Part shown: positions 10,301 through 19,107 of the stretch, one piece after another
Position numbering within the stretch: position 1 is the stretch's first letter
How the letters are laid out: every line of letters starts with the position of its first letter
Assembly (NCBI GenBank): GCA_038213375.1
Contig: JBBQTB010000008.1
Coordinates: forward strand, 75,180-139,179
Reading direction: 5' to 3'
Length of the DNA stretch: 64,000 nt
Origin: Bacteroidales bacterium
GTDB taxonomy: Bacteria > Bacteroidota > Bacteroidia > Bacteroidales > JAAUTT01
Notes under the pieces: generated by a model
What the model saw: the letters and a program-made list of their open reading frames with translations, nothing else
What the model was told of the DNA's origin: nothing
Database searches by the model: none
Translations under genes and position numbers: made by a program

Positions 10301-11095
10301 AGCAATGGTGATGGTTGCATCACGGTAGTCTTTATCAAGGTCAGTAGTTACATAAAAATCACGCAAATGTACTTTTGGTGTGGCGAATAAATACACATCC
10401 CGAAAAATTCCAGCCAACCTCCAGAAATCCTGGTCTTCGAGATAGGTGCCAGCCGAATATTTATAAACATTTACGGCTATCAGATTTTTGCCGGGTTTCA
10501 GATATTTTGTAACATCATATTCAGCAGGTTCGTTGGCGCCCTCGTTAAAGCCAACTTCCTGACCATTTACCCAAATGAAGGATGCTGAAGTAGCTGCCTC
10601 TAAACGCAGGAATACTTCTTTTTCTTTCCATGCCGGTGGTATCATAACTGTCCTGCGGTAGGATCCTACAGGGTTATAATCGTGGGGTATGAAGGGTGGG
10701 TTGGCATGAAAAGGTTGAGAAACATTACGGAACACGGGATCTCCGTATCCTTGCATTTCCCAGTTACCCGGGACTTTAAGGCTGTCCCACTTGGAATCAT
10801 TAAATTTTTCAGTATAAAAATCTTTGGGTGATGCATCTGGATTTTCCGACCATTTAAATTTCCAAAGACCATTTAAAGAAAGGAATCCGTCCGATTTGCT
10901 CCAGTCATTATTTAGTGCATCAGATATTGATTTGAAGGGTACGAGTGGGACATGTCCTACTTCCTGATTCAAGGTAAATTTGCCGGGATCCTCAATATAT
11001 TGATAAACGTTTTCAAGAAAATTTAACTTTTGAGAATGTGCATTTTGGAGTAAGAAAATATAGCACAAAATGACAATGATTTGTTTGTAGTTCAT
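7310..11095 (-). CDS. GH2 beta-galactosidase with an inserted LamG/concanavalin-like domain and a C-terminal Bgal small-chain-like domain
   Basis: Signal peptide, acid/base motif NHPSIIFWSAGNES, nucleophile region FMDEYISVEGNG, then WDWV. The LamG-like insert reads GNAVELSG...LTLSLWVYP...WHHLAGIYD...LSIYVDGKL. Confidence 0.85.
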   Translation of the reverse strand: MNYKQIIVILCYIFLLQNAHSQKLNFLENVYQYIEDPGKFTLNQEVGHVPLVPFKSISDALNNDWSKSDGFLSLNGLWKFKWSENPDASPKDFYTEKFNDSKWDSLKVPGNWEMQGYGDPVFRNVSQPFHANPPFIPHDYNPVGSYRRTVMIPPAWKEKEVFLRLEAATSASFIWVNGQEVGFNEGANEPAEYDVTKYLKPGKNLIAVNVYKYSAGTYLEDQDFWRLAGIFRDVYLFATPKVHLRDFYVTTDLDKDYRDATITIAADIANYSTPNQSGYSVRGTLFDSNHQPVIQNMVSKPVKVDSQKTQTVNISSAITNPAKWSSEKPNLYHLTLELINTEGKTIEILSSRIGFKKVEVKHQALYVNGVPVKLNGTNSHMQHPDLGHAMDIETIIKDFTLMKQFNINCVRTCHYPPTIDYLNLADEMGMFIVDETGDESHATEYVSERPEWRDAYVDRVQGMVLRDRNHPSIIFWSAGNESGIGNNICEVIKEGKRLDPTRIFMYGGNTDDVAWKNEVPCEDIIGPRYPTPYELKTRIAEVPESQDPRPSFMDEYISVEGNGCGGLDEYWDVIYNYPRCIGGALWDWVSPGIREKIQLLTDASNHHINTAIKGRGKLVPGKTGNAVELSGYDQWVDVYRDPALDITGKELTLSLWVYPRQWNTDGTFITKGSYQFGLRQQVKDSLQFYVTDANRTSISVSVPQNWENNWHHLAGIYDSKTLSIYVDGKLAGSKPFTGTITNKPFPVNIGRNAEIEGQEYAGRTSNARFDQVGIFNKAMTIEQLMNPSTTIRKEAQLWLDFDEVKDNGTFFSMGIGGRTYGLIWPDRTPQPELWQVKKSAQPVDVKLINPETGSVEIWNRYHFTNINELKAIWQLQANGKVIQQGDLKLSLEPLQKQTITIPFQKPELQAETEYRLLVSFSLKKPQSWAPEGFEVAWNQLELPWKKPGEIAQNLISPEVSFAEDIKTIVVAGKLFSYVFDKSNGKLTSMTFMGKELINDGPKLNVWRAPLANELDQWAVWQSHLTYRKPGMGEDPANNWRSLGLDHLTYTLDKLSVSKTVDNKIKLVVKDHAEGINYGTAFDNEFIYTIDGNGEIVMEHTIIPQGLMPAWLPRIGVQWNISKDLSQVSWYGRGPYENYPDRKTGAKIGVYNFSIQEMTEKYLIPQDYGLRTDNRWVQLESVDGIGLKFKGNDQFNFSAQPFSTDNMTRARYHYQILPFEGTTFNFDYATSGVGCTAISVLNQYRVLPRVYHFTAQVIPYKK

Positions 11096-11247
11096 TGCAA
11101 TTAGAGGTTAGTTGTTTTGTCAAAGATAATAATAATAGTAGTTTCTACACTTAAAATCATATGGGTAATATACCTTTTATTTTTTAAATTTGTTAAAAAT
11201 CTGTCCCCATGCCCCATACCCAGATATAACTTTTAGGACACGCCACG

Positions 11248-11943
11248 TTGAAGATTACGACTCCCGAAAATCGCGTCATCCTGGTCGACCCATGGTTAAC
11301 CGGGAATGAATTTATCCCTGTACATTTGAGAACACAGAATGTAATCGACATGGTTGTCGCCACGCATGGTCATGAGGATCATTTTGATAAATTCATGCCT
11401 AAAATTATTGAAAAGTCCAGGGCTTCTGTGATAGCTAACAGTATTGTGCGCTTTTTTCTATATGAACATTTTATAAACAAAGAACTGATTGAGCCAATGA
11501 ATATTGGAGGAACCATTCTTGTTAAAGATGTTACCATTACCATGGTTCCGGCCCAGCATTTGGGTCATATCATGATAGACAATGATACCATAGGGTATAC
11601 ACATCCTTCGGTAGGTTTCGTGCTTCAGTTTTCCGATGGCGTGCGAGTATACCTTGCAGGGGATACTGGTATATTTTCGGATATGGCTTTAATTGGTGAA
11701 TTGTATCATCCTCAAATCGCAATACTTCCTATTGGTGGAAGATACACCATGGGACCCAAGGAGGCAGCATTTGCCATTCAATTATTAAAGGTTCAGCATG
11801 TTATTCCATATCATTATGGAACATTCGAATCACTTATTGGCACCCCGGAAGAATTAAAAGAGCAAACACTTCATATACAGCCGCTCACCATCCACGCATT
11901 GAAAGTAGGAGATACTCTCGATTGCGGTACCTTATTTTATTAG
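11248..11943 (+). CDS. UPF0173-type metallo-beta-lactamase-fold hydrolase (N-terminus interrupted by an in-frame TAA)
   Basis: HGHEDHFD metal motif and ILVDPWLTGN. The track start is a TTG. An in-frame ATG at 11209 is followed by a TAA at 11227-11229 (MPHTQI*LLGHATLKI). Confidence 0.75.
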   Translation: MKITTPENRVILVDPWLTGNEFIPVHLRTQNVIDMVVATHGHEDHFDKFMPKIIEKSRASVIANSIVRFFLYEHFINKELIEPMNIGGTILVKDVTITMVPAQHLGHIMIDNDTIGYTHPSVGFVLQFSDGVRVYLAGDTGIFSDMALIGELYHPQIAILPIGGRYTMGPKEAAFAIQLLKVQHVIPYHYGTFESLIGTPEELKEQTLHIQPLTIHALKVGDTLDCGTLFY

Positions 11944-11984
11944 AATCCTTCCTTATCTTTGAAATATTCAAAAAAAGTGAAGCT

Positions 11985-12485
11985 ATGTTTCAAATTCGAA
12001 AAGCATCTTTGGCAGATATTGATTTACTACGGAAACTTGCGCAAGACATCTGGATGGAATATTATCCCGGAATCATTACTGTAGAGCAGATTAATTATAT
12101 GCTTCATATGATGTATTCGCAACCTGTAATTGAAAAGGAAATATTGGGTGGTGTTAATTGGAACATTTTGGAAGAGGATCATGAACCGGTGGGTTTTCTA
12201 TCTTTTTCCGAAGATGATGAAAAAAATATCAAACTGAACAAATTATATGTTCTGTTGGGTAGACATGGAAAAGGTATAGGTCAAAAAGCATTGAAATTTG
12301 TTGTTGATTATGCCGAACAGAATGAATTCAAAAATGTTTATCTTACAGTGAATAAGAAAAACCTGCTAGCCATGAAGGCCTATGAACGAAATGGTTTTAT
12401 TCGTTCAGAAGATGTAGTCAATGATATTGGAAATGGCTATGTGATGGACGATTTTGTTTACACATATTCACTTGGTAATAAGTAA
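11985..12485 (+). CDS. GNAT-family N-acetyltransferase
   Basis: Acetyl-CoA motif LLGRHGKGIGQKAL and NLLAMKAYERNGF. The ATG at 11985 (MFQIRKASLADI) is preferred over the overlapping track start at 11922. Confidence 0.75.
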   Translation: MFQIRKASLADIDLLRKLAQDIWMEYYPGIITVEQINYMLHMMYSQPVIEKEILGGVNWNILEEDHEPVGFLSFSEDDEKNIKLNKLYVLLGRHGKGIGQKALKFVVDYAEQNEFKNVYLTVNKKNLLAMKAYERNGFIRSEDVVNDIGNGYVMDDFVYTYSLGNK

Positions 12486-12495
12486 CGAAAAGCAT

Positions 12496-13344
12496 ATGAA
12501 TTCAAACGAAGTTAACCTATCGCAACCTCCAATCTATATAGTCTCTGGTGGAAAAGGCCTTGCCGGGGATGCTGTTGTTCAATCCATTCTAATTCAATTT
12601 CCAAACAATAAAGTACCTGTTATTATCTCACCTAATGTTGTATCGTCTGAAAAAATAGATGAGGTGATAACGCAGGTATTGAGAACTAAAGGAGTTATCG
12701 TTCATACCATGGTCGATCCGGAGATGCGTAAATTGCTTATTAGTGCCTGCAACGAAAATGAAGTGACACATTTTGATCTTGCCGGTAATTTGTCCGATTA
12801 CCTTTCCGATTTACTTCAAATAAAACCAATTAGTAAACCTGGCCTTTATCGTTTGTCGCACATCGATTATTTTCAGCGGGTTGAAGCCATTGAATTCACT
12901 TTAAAGCATGACGACGGCCAGAATGCCGAACGTATTAACAATGCTGATATAGTGTTAACTGGCGTTTCCCGTACCGGAAAAACACCATTGAGTGTATACC
13001 TCGCCATGTTTGGCTGGAAGGTGGCTAATGTGCCCCTGATTCCAGGTATTCCTCCGCCCGAAACATTGTTTAAAATAGATAAAGAACGCGTTTTTGGTTT
13101 AACTATTTCCGTACAATATCTTATCGCACAACGTGGTAATCGAATGAAAAATCTTAAAATGGCTCTCGAAACTGACTATATCGAGCCTCGTAAGGTAAGG
13201 ATGGAGCTGGAATATGCCGAAACGATATTTGCCCGTGCCGGTTTTACCGTATTCGATATTACCAATAAGCCTATCGAATCGTCGGCCAATGAGATTTTAA
13301 CATTACTCACCGAACGTTTCGGCCGTGACAAATGGAAGAAATAA
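12496..13344 (+). CDS. pyruvate,phosphate dikinase / PEP synthase regulatory protein (kinase/pyrophosphorylase, PpsR/DUF299 family)
   Basis: P-loop GVSRTGKTPLSVYLA and the family-typical length. The ATG at 12496 is preferred over the track start at 12454. Confidence 0.75.
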   Translation: MNSNEVNLSQPPIYIVSGGKGLAGDAVVQSILIQFPNNKVPVIISPNVVSSEKIDEVITQVLRTKGVIVHTMVDPEMRKLLISACNENEVTHFDLAGNLSDYLSDLLQIKPISKPGLYRLSHIDYFQRVEAIEFTLKHDDGQNAERINNADIVLTGVSRTGKTPLSVYLAMFGWKVANVPLIPGIPPPETLFKIDKERVFGLTISVQYLIAQRGNRMKNLKMALETDYIEPRKVRMELEYAETIFARAGFTVFDITNKPIESSANEILTLLTERFGRDKWKK

Positions 13345-13348
13345 TCCT

Positions 13349-14608
13349 TCATCCCAAATCCTTAACTACCAACTGAATCGTTCGTTTGCTTTTCTGCTCA
13401 AGAACCAATTCTTTGTTCACCATTACGCGATCAATGGTTTGCGTATCGTAGTAGCGAATAGTAATCAACTCCAATCCAGATTCGAGACTTACATTATAAA
13501 GCTGTTCCAAATCCTTTACCAACTCGGCAATATGGTCAGGTTTGTTGTTGATGCATACCTGGAAACTGACTGCTGAATTCTGCATCAGGTTGATATTTAC
13601 AACATGCTTTGAGAAAATGGTAAAAATATCCTTCAGATTTGACTCAGCTATAAATGAAAAATCTTTTGGTGAAATACTGATCAGAGCCTGATCCATCTTA
13701 AAAATAAAAGACGGTATAAGAGATTCATATTGAACATCACCAATAATGGTTCCAGGATCGTTGGGATAAACAAACGATTTTACGAGAAGGTTGATGTTCT
13801 TATTCTGCAATGGCTTGATAGTTTTTGGGTGAATAACACTGGCGCCATAATATGTGAGTTCAATGGCATCGAGATACGACAATTGCCCAATCCGAACGGT
13901 ATTATCGAAATATTTTGGATCGGCGTTCAGAACCCCGGGTACATCTTTCCAAATAATTACCTTTTCGGCATCAAGTATATATGCCAGAATAGAAGCGGTA
14001 TAATCGGAGCCCTCACGTCCCAGGGTTGTGGTAAGGTTATTTTCATCAAAACCAATAAATCCCTGCGTGAGGTAAAATTTGGTGTTGGAAAACGTAAATG
14101 TTTTTCTAATAAGTTTAGTAGAAGTTTCCCAATCCACTTTGGCCTCGCGATAGGTAGAATCGGTCTTCAAATGTTTACGGATATCGACCCATTGGTTTTT
14201 AGTACCTCGCTCGTTAAGAAAAGCGCTGACAATTTTGGTCGACAATATCTCGCCTAAGGAAATTACCTGATCATATTCTCTGTCGTATGATCCGTTGTCT
14301 TCCTTTTGAAGCAAAGTATTGAGCTGATCAAACTCCTTGCGGACATCATCAAAAACCTGATGTCTGGTTTTTTGAAATAATTCACCCAGAATGCCTAAAT
14401 GATAATCCTTAAGTATAGCGAATTCTTCATCGTAGTTCTTCTTTTTTAAGGCCAAATGGAGGATTTCTTCCAAAGCATTAGTTGTTTTTCCAAATGCGGA
14501 AATCACAATGGCAATGTCTTCTTTTCCAAACGATTCAATTATATGTGCAAGGTTAAGAATGCCCCCTGAGCTTTTTACGGAAGCCCCCCCAAATTTAAAT
14601 ACCAACAT
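13349..14608 (-). CDS. lysC: aspartate kinase
   Basis: MLVFKFGGASV N-terminus, LGREGSDYTA motif, and C-terminal ACT-like repeats. Confidence 0.85.
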   Translation of the reverse strand: MLVFKFGGASVKSSGGILNLAHIIESFGKEDIAIVISAFGKTTNALEEILHLALKKKNYDEEFAILKDYHLGILGELFQKTRHQVFDDVRKEFDQLNTLLQKEDNGSYDREYDQVISLGEILSTKIVSAFLNERGTKNQWVDIRKHLKTDSTYREAKVDWETSTKLIRKTFTFSNTKFYLTQGFIGFDENNLTTTLGREGSDYTASILAYILDAEKVIIWKDVPGVLNADPKYFDNTVRIGQLSYLDAIELTYYGASVIHPKTIKPLQNKNINLLVKSFVYPNDPGTIIGDVQYESLIPSFIFKMDQALISISPKDFSFIAESNLKDIFTIFSKHVVNINLMQNSAVSFQVCINNKPDHIAELVKDLEQLYNVSLESGLELITIRYYDTQTIDRVMVNKELVLEQKSKRTIQLVVKDLG

Positions 14609-14714
14609 TCGTAATAGGATTAACAGTTACGTGGGTAAAGGTAAAAAACTATGAATGATGGTGAAATGATAATTGTTATATCAAAAACAAACTAAAAGTA
14701 GTAACTTTCGGGCT

Positions 14715-15974
14715 ATGATTTCATTCTGGTTATTTATCTTATGTTTATTGTTTGCTACCTTTTTTTCAGGGATGGAAATGGCCTTTGTTTCCAGCAACAA
14801 ACTTCGCATCGATCTGGAAACAAAAAGTGGTAATTTTTCATCACGAATTATACATCTCTTTGTGAAAAATAACCGTGTTTTTGGCGCTGCCCTGATGATT
14901 GGCTTCTATATTTCTCTTATTTTTGCAGTGGTTTGTCTATATAATTTTTACCATTTATATAATGAAGGATTATTACAAAACGTCTTTTTATCCTTAATAA
15001 TTATTCTTTGCATTGTTCTTTTTGTTATCGTGCTCATCACTGAACTTGCTGCCCAAACGATCTTTACGGTAAATCCAAATAAACAACTTAAAATATTCTA
15101 TTTCCCTCTTTTGATGTTTTATGTTCTTTTTTACCCATTTTCTCAAACGATTGTCGCCATAGCGGAACTGCCGAACATAATATGGCCTCCGAAAAAAAGC
15201 AAAGATCCAAATGCCAATGTTTTTATACGAAATATAGGCAAGCTTATATCTTCGGATTCGCAACAACAATTTGAATTGCAAAACAAACAGTTGCAAGAGC
15301 TAAAAATTTTTCAGAATGCACTTGTTTTTTCGAAAGTCCGCATCCGCGACTGCATGATTCCCCGCACAGAATTAGAATCTATTGATATTGATGGCAGCAT
15401 TGATGAATTGAAAAAAAAATTCATCGCTTCAGGCTATTCCAAAATAATTGTTTACCGCGATTCAATTGATAATATAGAAGGGTTTATAAGTTCAAATGAG
15501 CTGTTTAAGCAGCCTTTATCCATTCAGGAAAAGCTATCTCCCATAACTTTTGTTCCCGAAACAATGCCGGCAAATAAACTTCTTCATGATTTTATACATC
15601 ATCATCGGAGTATTGCCGTAGTGGTTGATGAGTATGGAGGGACTTCGGGTATGGTTACACTCGAAGATATTATGGAGAAGATATTTGGAGAAATTGAGGA
15701 CGAGCACGATACCGATAATTTGATTGAAAAACAAATCAAACCGAATGAATATGTATTTTCAAGTCGTCTGGAAATTGAGTACCTGAATGCAACATTCGGT
15801 TTAAAAATAGCTGAATCGGAAGACTATAGTACTCTTGCCGGATATATTCTGTTCCATTACCACAATATGCCCAAGCCCAACGAAATAATTAAAATTGACA
15901 GATTTACCATTAAAATTTTAAAAGTTTCACACACACGGATAGAACTTGTGTATCTTAAGGTAATTATTGATTAG
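14715..15974 (+). CDS. CNNM/DUF21 - CBS pair - CorC_HlyC hemolysin-family membrane protein
   Basis: N-terminal TM region with SGMEMAFVS, CBS region (IMIPRTELESIDID), and a C-terminal transporter-associated domain. The track start at 14673 is a TTG; the first ATG is at 14715. Confidence 0.75.
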   Translation: MISFWLFILCLLFATFFSGMEMAFVSSNKLRIDLETKSGNFSSRIIHLFVKNNRVFGAALMIGFYISLIFAVVCLYNFYHLYNEGLLQNVFLSLIIILCIVLFVIVLITELAAQTIFTVNPNKQLKIFYFPLLMFYVLFYPFSQTIVAIAELPNIIWPPKKSKDPNANVFIRNIGKLISSDSQQQFELQNKQLQELKIFQNALVFSKVRIRDCMIPRTELESIDIDGSIDELKKKFIASGYSKIIVYRDSIDNIEGFISSNELFKQPLSIQEKLSPITFVPETMPANKLLHDFIHHHRSIAVVVDEYGGTSGMVTLEDIMEKIFGEIEDEHDTDNLIEKQIKPNEYVFSSRLEIEYLNATFGLKIAESEDYSTLAGYILFHYHNMPKPNEIIKIDRFTIKILKVSHTRIELVYLKVIID

Positions 15975-16071
15975 AAAGCTTATTTCTTGCAAAAAAATAA
16001 GGTGTTGGAAAAACAAATAGTTTTAATTCTTATATTCGTGGCTTAATTTTTAAAGTAAAAACACATTATCA

Positions 16072-18180
16072 ATGGCAACATTACAGAAGATTAGAAGCAA
16101 AGGTATAATTATTGCCAGCGTAATTGGCCTGTCCTTATTAGCATTTATATTAGGCGATTTTCTTGATTCAAGAAAGTCAATATTTAGAAGCAATAAACAG
16201 GATGTTGGAGAAATAGCTGGCACAACCATACCAATCCAACAAATGGAACAAAAAATTAATGAGTTGACAGAAATACATAAAATGAATTCCGGACAGGGAA
16301 ACGTGGACGAAAAAACACTTGATGGTATACGCGAACAAGCCTGGCAGCAAATTTCCAACGACATGGTGATGGGAAAAGAATATGATAAACTTGGACTAAC
16401 GGTCACTTCCGACGAACTTTTTGATCTTGTTCAGGGAGCCAACCCTCATCAAATTGTTCGGCAGATTTTTACCAATCCACAAACAGGCGAGTTCAACAAA
16501 TCCAATTTATTAGCCTTTTTAAAAAATATGGATCAGGATCAGACAGGGAAACAGAAAATGTTTTGGTTATATATCGAAGAACAGATAAAAAACGATCGTA
16601 TCAATAACAAATATACTAATCTGATTCGTAAAGGATTATCTGCTCCTACCTTTCTGGCAAAAAATGATTTTATTGAAAATAATAAAAAGACGGATTTTAA
16701 TTATATTTCGCTTCGATACAACACTATATCCGATACTGCGGTAAAAATTACTTCATCAGACCTAAAAAAATATTACAACGATCACAAATTTCTTTTCGAC
16801 CAATCTGCTTCCCGGGATATAGAATATGTATCGTTTGATGTAATACCGTCTAAAACGGATATTAATGCTGCCCAAGACTGGATAACCAAGGTGAAACCTG
16901 ATTTTAATTCAACTACTGAAGTGGAGCAATTTGTAAACGGAAACTCAGATGTGCCTTACAATGATAAAAGCTATAAACCGGGTCAACTGCCCGATTCGCT
17001 TGATAATTTTATGTTTAGGTCGTCGATTGGCGAAGTTTACGGTCCATATTTGGACAATGGTTCATATAAATTAGCACGTCTTTACAAAGTGGTTAATTTG
17101 CCTGACTCAGTAAAAGCCCGTCATATCCTGATATCCGCAAAAGCTCAGACCAAAGAAGCTGCAACGAAAGCAAAGGTTACTGCCGACAGTATTAAAAATT
17201 TGCTGGATAAAGGTGCTGATTTTGCACTATTGGCCAGGAGTTTCTCTGATGACAAAAGCAATGCGGAAAAGGGCGGCGATTTAGGATGGTTTCAGGAAGG
17301 CCTCATGGTAAAACCATTTAGCGATGCTGCTTTTGAAGGAAAAAAAGGTGAAACAAAAGTGGTAGAAACCCGGTTTGGGTATCACATTCTTCAGGTTTTA
17401 GAAAAAGGTAAAGACATTAAAAAGGTAAAAGTTGCTATAATTGAACGTAAAATCGAACCAAGCCAGCCAACTTTCAACAAAGTGTATGCAGATGCCAATA
17501 AATTCGCTGCTTCAAACAGGACTTACGAACAATTTAATGCAGCAATCACCAAACAAAATCTTGCCAAAAAGCTTGCCACCAACATTGCGGAAACAGACAA
17601 AGCAATTCCCGGATTGGAGCAACCACGTGCGGTTCTTCGTTGGATGTATTCATCGGACAAGTTAACCGTTTCCGAACCAATTGATCTGGGTGATCGTTAC
17701 GTTGTTGCTGCCCTTACGGCTGTTCGCAAAAAAGGCGCTGCACCAATTGAACAAGTAAAAGCAGATGTTGAATTACAGGTTCGCAAAGAAAAAAAGGCCG
17801 AAAAGCTTGCTGAACAAATCAATAAAGCAAAATCCGGAGTGTCAAACATTCAGGATCTCGGTCTAAAATTAAACACTCCGGTTGAAGTGGCCAATGGCAT
17901 TTCTTTTTCAACTTACTCCCTGCCTAGTTCTGGCATAGAGCCTAAAGTTATTGCAGCTGGTACCTCTTTTGGTAAGAGCAAAATATCGGAACCTATAAAT
18001 GGCAACAATGGTGTTTATGTGGTGTATGTTTCAAATATAACCAATGCTCCTGCGAGCAAGAACTATGCAGAATCCAAACAACGTATGGGATATACTTTTC
18101 AAACCCGTGCCAGCTACGACAGTTATAATGCACTTCGTAAGCTCGCCAAAATCGTTGACAATCGCGCAAAGTTTTATTAG
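16072..18180 (+). CDS. PpiD-like periplasmic chaperone / parvulin-type peptidyl-prolyl isomerase
   Basis: N-terminal membrane anchor, SurA_N-like region, and parvulin core ARHILI...GGDLGWF...FGYHILQV. Confidence 0.8.
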   Translation: MATLQKIRSKGIIIASVIGLSLLAFILGDFLDSRKSIFRSNKQDVGEIAGTTIPIQQMEQKINELTEIHKMNSGQGNVDEKTLDGIREQAWQQISNDMVMGKEYDKLGLTVTSDELFDLVQGANPHQIVRQIFTNPQTGEFNKSNLLAFLKNMDQDQTGKQKMFWLYIEEQIKNDRINNKYTNLIRKGLSAPTFLAKNDFIENNKKTDFNYISLRYNTISDTAVKITSSDLKKYYNDHKFLFDQSASRDIEYVSFDVIPSKTDINAAQDWITKVKPDFNSTTEVEQFVNGNSDVPYNDKSYKPGQLPDSLDNFMFRSSIGEVYGPYLDNGSYKLARLYKVVNLPDSVKARHILISAKAQTKEAATKAKVTADSIKNLLDKGADFALLARSFSDDKSNAEKGGDLGWFQEGLMVKPFSDAAFEGKKGETKVVETRFGYHILQVLEKGKDIKKVKVAIIERKIEPSQPTFNKVYADANKFAASNRTYEQFNAAITKQNLAKKLATNIAETDKAIPGLEQPRAVLRWMYSSDKLTVSEPIDLGDRYVVAALTAVRKKGAAPIEQVKADVELQVRKEKKAEKLAEQINKAKSGVSNIQDLGLKLNTPVEVANGISFSTYSLPSSGIEPKVIAAGTSFGKSKISEPINGNNGVYVVYVSNITNAPASKNYAESKQRMGYTFQTRASYDSYNALRKLAKIVDNRAKFY

Positions 18181-18258
18181 GATAAAGAATCAATTATTAC
18201 GGAATTAAGTTATTAATAGCCCTGGCATTTATGCTGGGGCTATTCGCAAAAAAACACA

Positions 18259-18858
18259 ATGAAAATAATCAGATTTATTTTATTTGGAGCTATTTTACAA
18301 CTCAATTTAGGTCTTCTTATGGCTCAAACTGAAAAAGTCGCTTTAATTAAACCATTTGGAATAGGCTTACATATCGAACAATTTAAATTATATGACCTCA
18401 CCGATGTGAATTATGCACCAGCAAATAAATTGATTTTCACTATTAGTCCATGGAGTTCTTTCAGGTTTGAACCTGAGTTCGGATTTAGATTTAATAACGA
18501 TAAAACAAATAGTAAAAAAAACCATGGTGTATATTTTGGTTTAGGAGCCTTTAAAATGATTCAACATAATAAGTTAAACATTTATGGTGGAGTACGAATT
18601 GAATATGCTTCTATTAAATGGAATATTGGCGGTTCCAGTCTTATATATGGTGCAGCTGGAGGTAATCCAACTAGTTTCACTACTCGTTTTACAATAGGCC
18701 CTGCTTTAGGATGTGAATACTATTTGGGTGAAAATTTTGCTTTTGGTGGTGAACTTGGGTTGAAATATGCTTCACTAAAATCTACTATTTCTGATAAAGA
18801 ATTAAAAAGTAACTATTTTACAACCGATACCGGATTATTCATTCGATATTATTTTTGA
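18259..18858 (+). CDS. small outer-membrane beta-barrel protein
   Basis: Signal peptide, alternating hydrophobic beta-strand pattern, and C-terminal aromatic end ...GLFIRYYF. Confidence 0.65.
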   Translation: MKIIRFILFGAILQLNLGLLMAQTEKVALIKPFGIGLHIEQFKLYDLTDVNYAPANKLIFTISPWSSFRFEPEFGFRFNNDKTNSKKNHGVYFGLGAFKMIQHNKLNIYGGVRIEYASIKWNIGGSSLIYGAAGGNPTSFTTRFTIGPALGCEYYLGENFAFGGELGLKYASLKSTISDKELKSNYFTTDTGLFIRYYF

Positions 18859-18886
18859 GAAAACATCATTACAAGCAATTAAAAAA

Positions 18887-18917
18887 TTTGAACACTCAAT
18901 AATATTTTATAGTTTTG
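18887..18917 (+). promoter_or_regulatory. Bacteroidota-type promoter (TTTG-N19-TAgtTTTG)
   Basis: TTTG at 18887-18890 and TAGTTTTG at 18910-18917 are 19 nt apart. This matches the -33 TTTG / -7 TAnnTTTG consensus. It lies 22 nt upstream of the small ORF ATG. Confidence 0.55.
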
Positions 18918-18938
18918 TCCAATACAACAACAACAGAA

Positions 18939-19049
18939 ATGAAAATCAGTAGCAGTTTATACCAACCAACAGCAAACACGGCACCTCTCGCAGTGTCTAT
19001 GGTTATTGTTGGTTTTTTTGATTACTACCGGGTTTTTCTTATTTTATAA
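18939..19049 (+). CDS. 36-codon candidate leader peptide ORF (MKISSSLYQPTANTAPLAVSMVIVGFFDYYRVFLIL)
   Basis: ATG at 18939 and TAA at 19047-19049. Its 3' end overlaps segment 1 of a three-segment alternative-pairing structure. Not in the ORF track because it is too short. Confidence 0.4.
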   Translation: MKISSSLYQPTANTAPLAVSMVIVGFFDYYRVFLIL

Positions 19050-19072
19050 ACAGAGAGTTTTTCTCACCATAT

Positions 19073-19107
19073 AAACCCGGTTTGCATTAGCAAAACCGGG
19101 TTTTTTT
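19073..19107 (+). terminator. strong intrinsic terminator immediately upstream of the MATE gene
   Basis: Perfect 11-bp stem AAACCCGGTTT (19073-19083) / AAACCGGGTTT (19093-19103), a 9-nt loop, then a T-run at 19104-19107. Confidence 0.75.

Noticed and set aside
11922-12496. Upstream-extended starts given by the track for the GNAT gene (11922), the PpsR-like gene (12454), the CNNM gene (14673), nrfH (31277), the GH5-like gene (37761) and miaB (5839).
   Set aside because: The extensions overlap the preceding gene or begin at TTG and add non-conserved residues. Internal ATGs give canonical N-termini or signal peptides.
13730-14257. Long antisense ORFs inside lysC (13730..14257), the MATE gene (19245..19838), nrfA (29389..29949), the GH5-like gene (37270..37674), the esterase (1739..2185), and others.
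   Set aside because: Each overlaps a motif-supported gene on the opposite strand and has no recognisable motif, signal or start context.
18215-18242. 12-bp stem (with two G-U pairs) ATAGCCCTGGCA...TGCTGGGGCTAT after the ppiD-like gene, considered as a terminator.
   Set aside because: It is followed by an A-run rather than a T-run on the plus strand, so it is not annotated as an intrinsic terminator.
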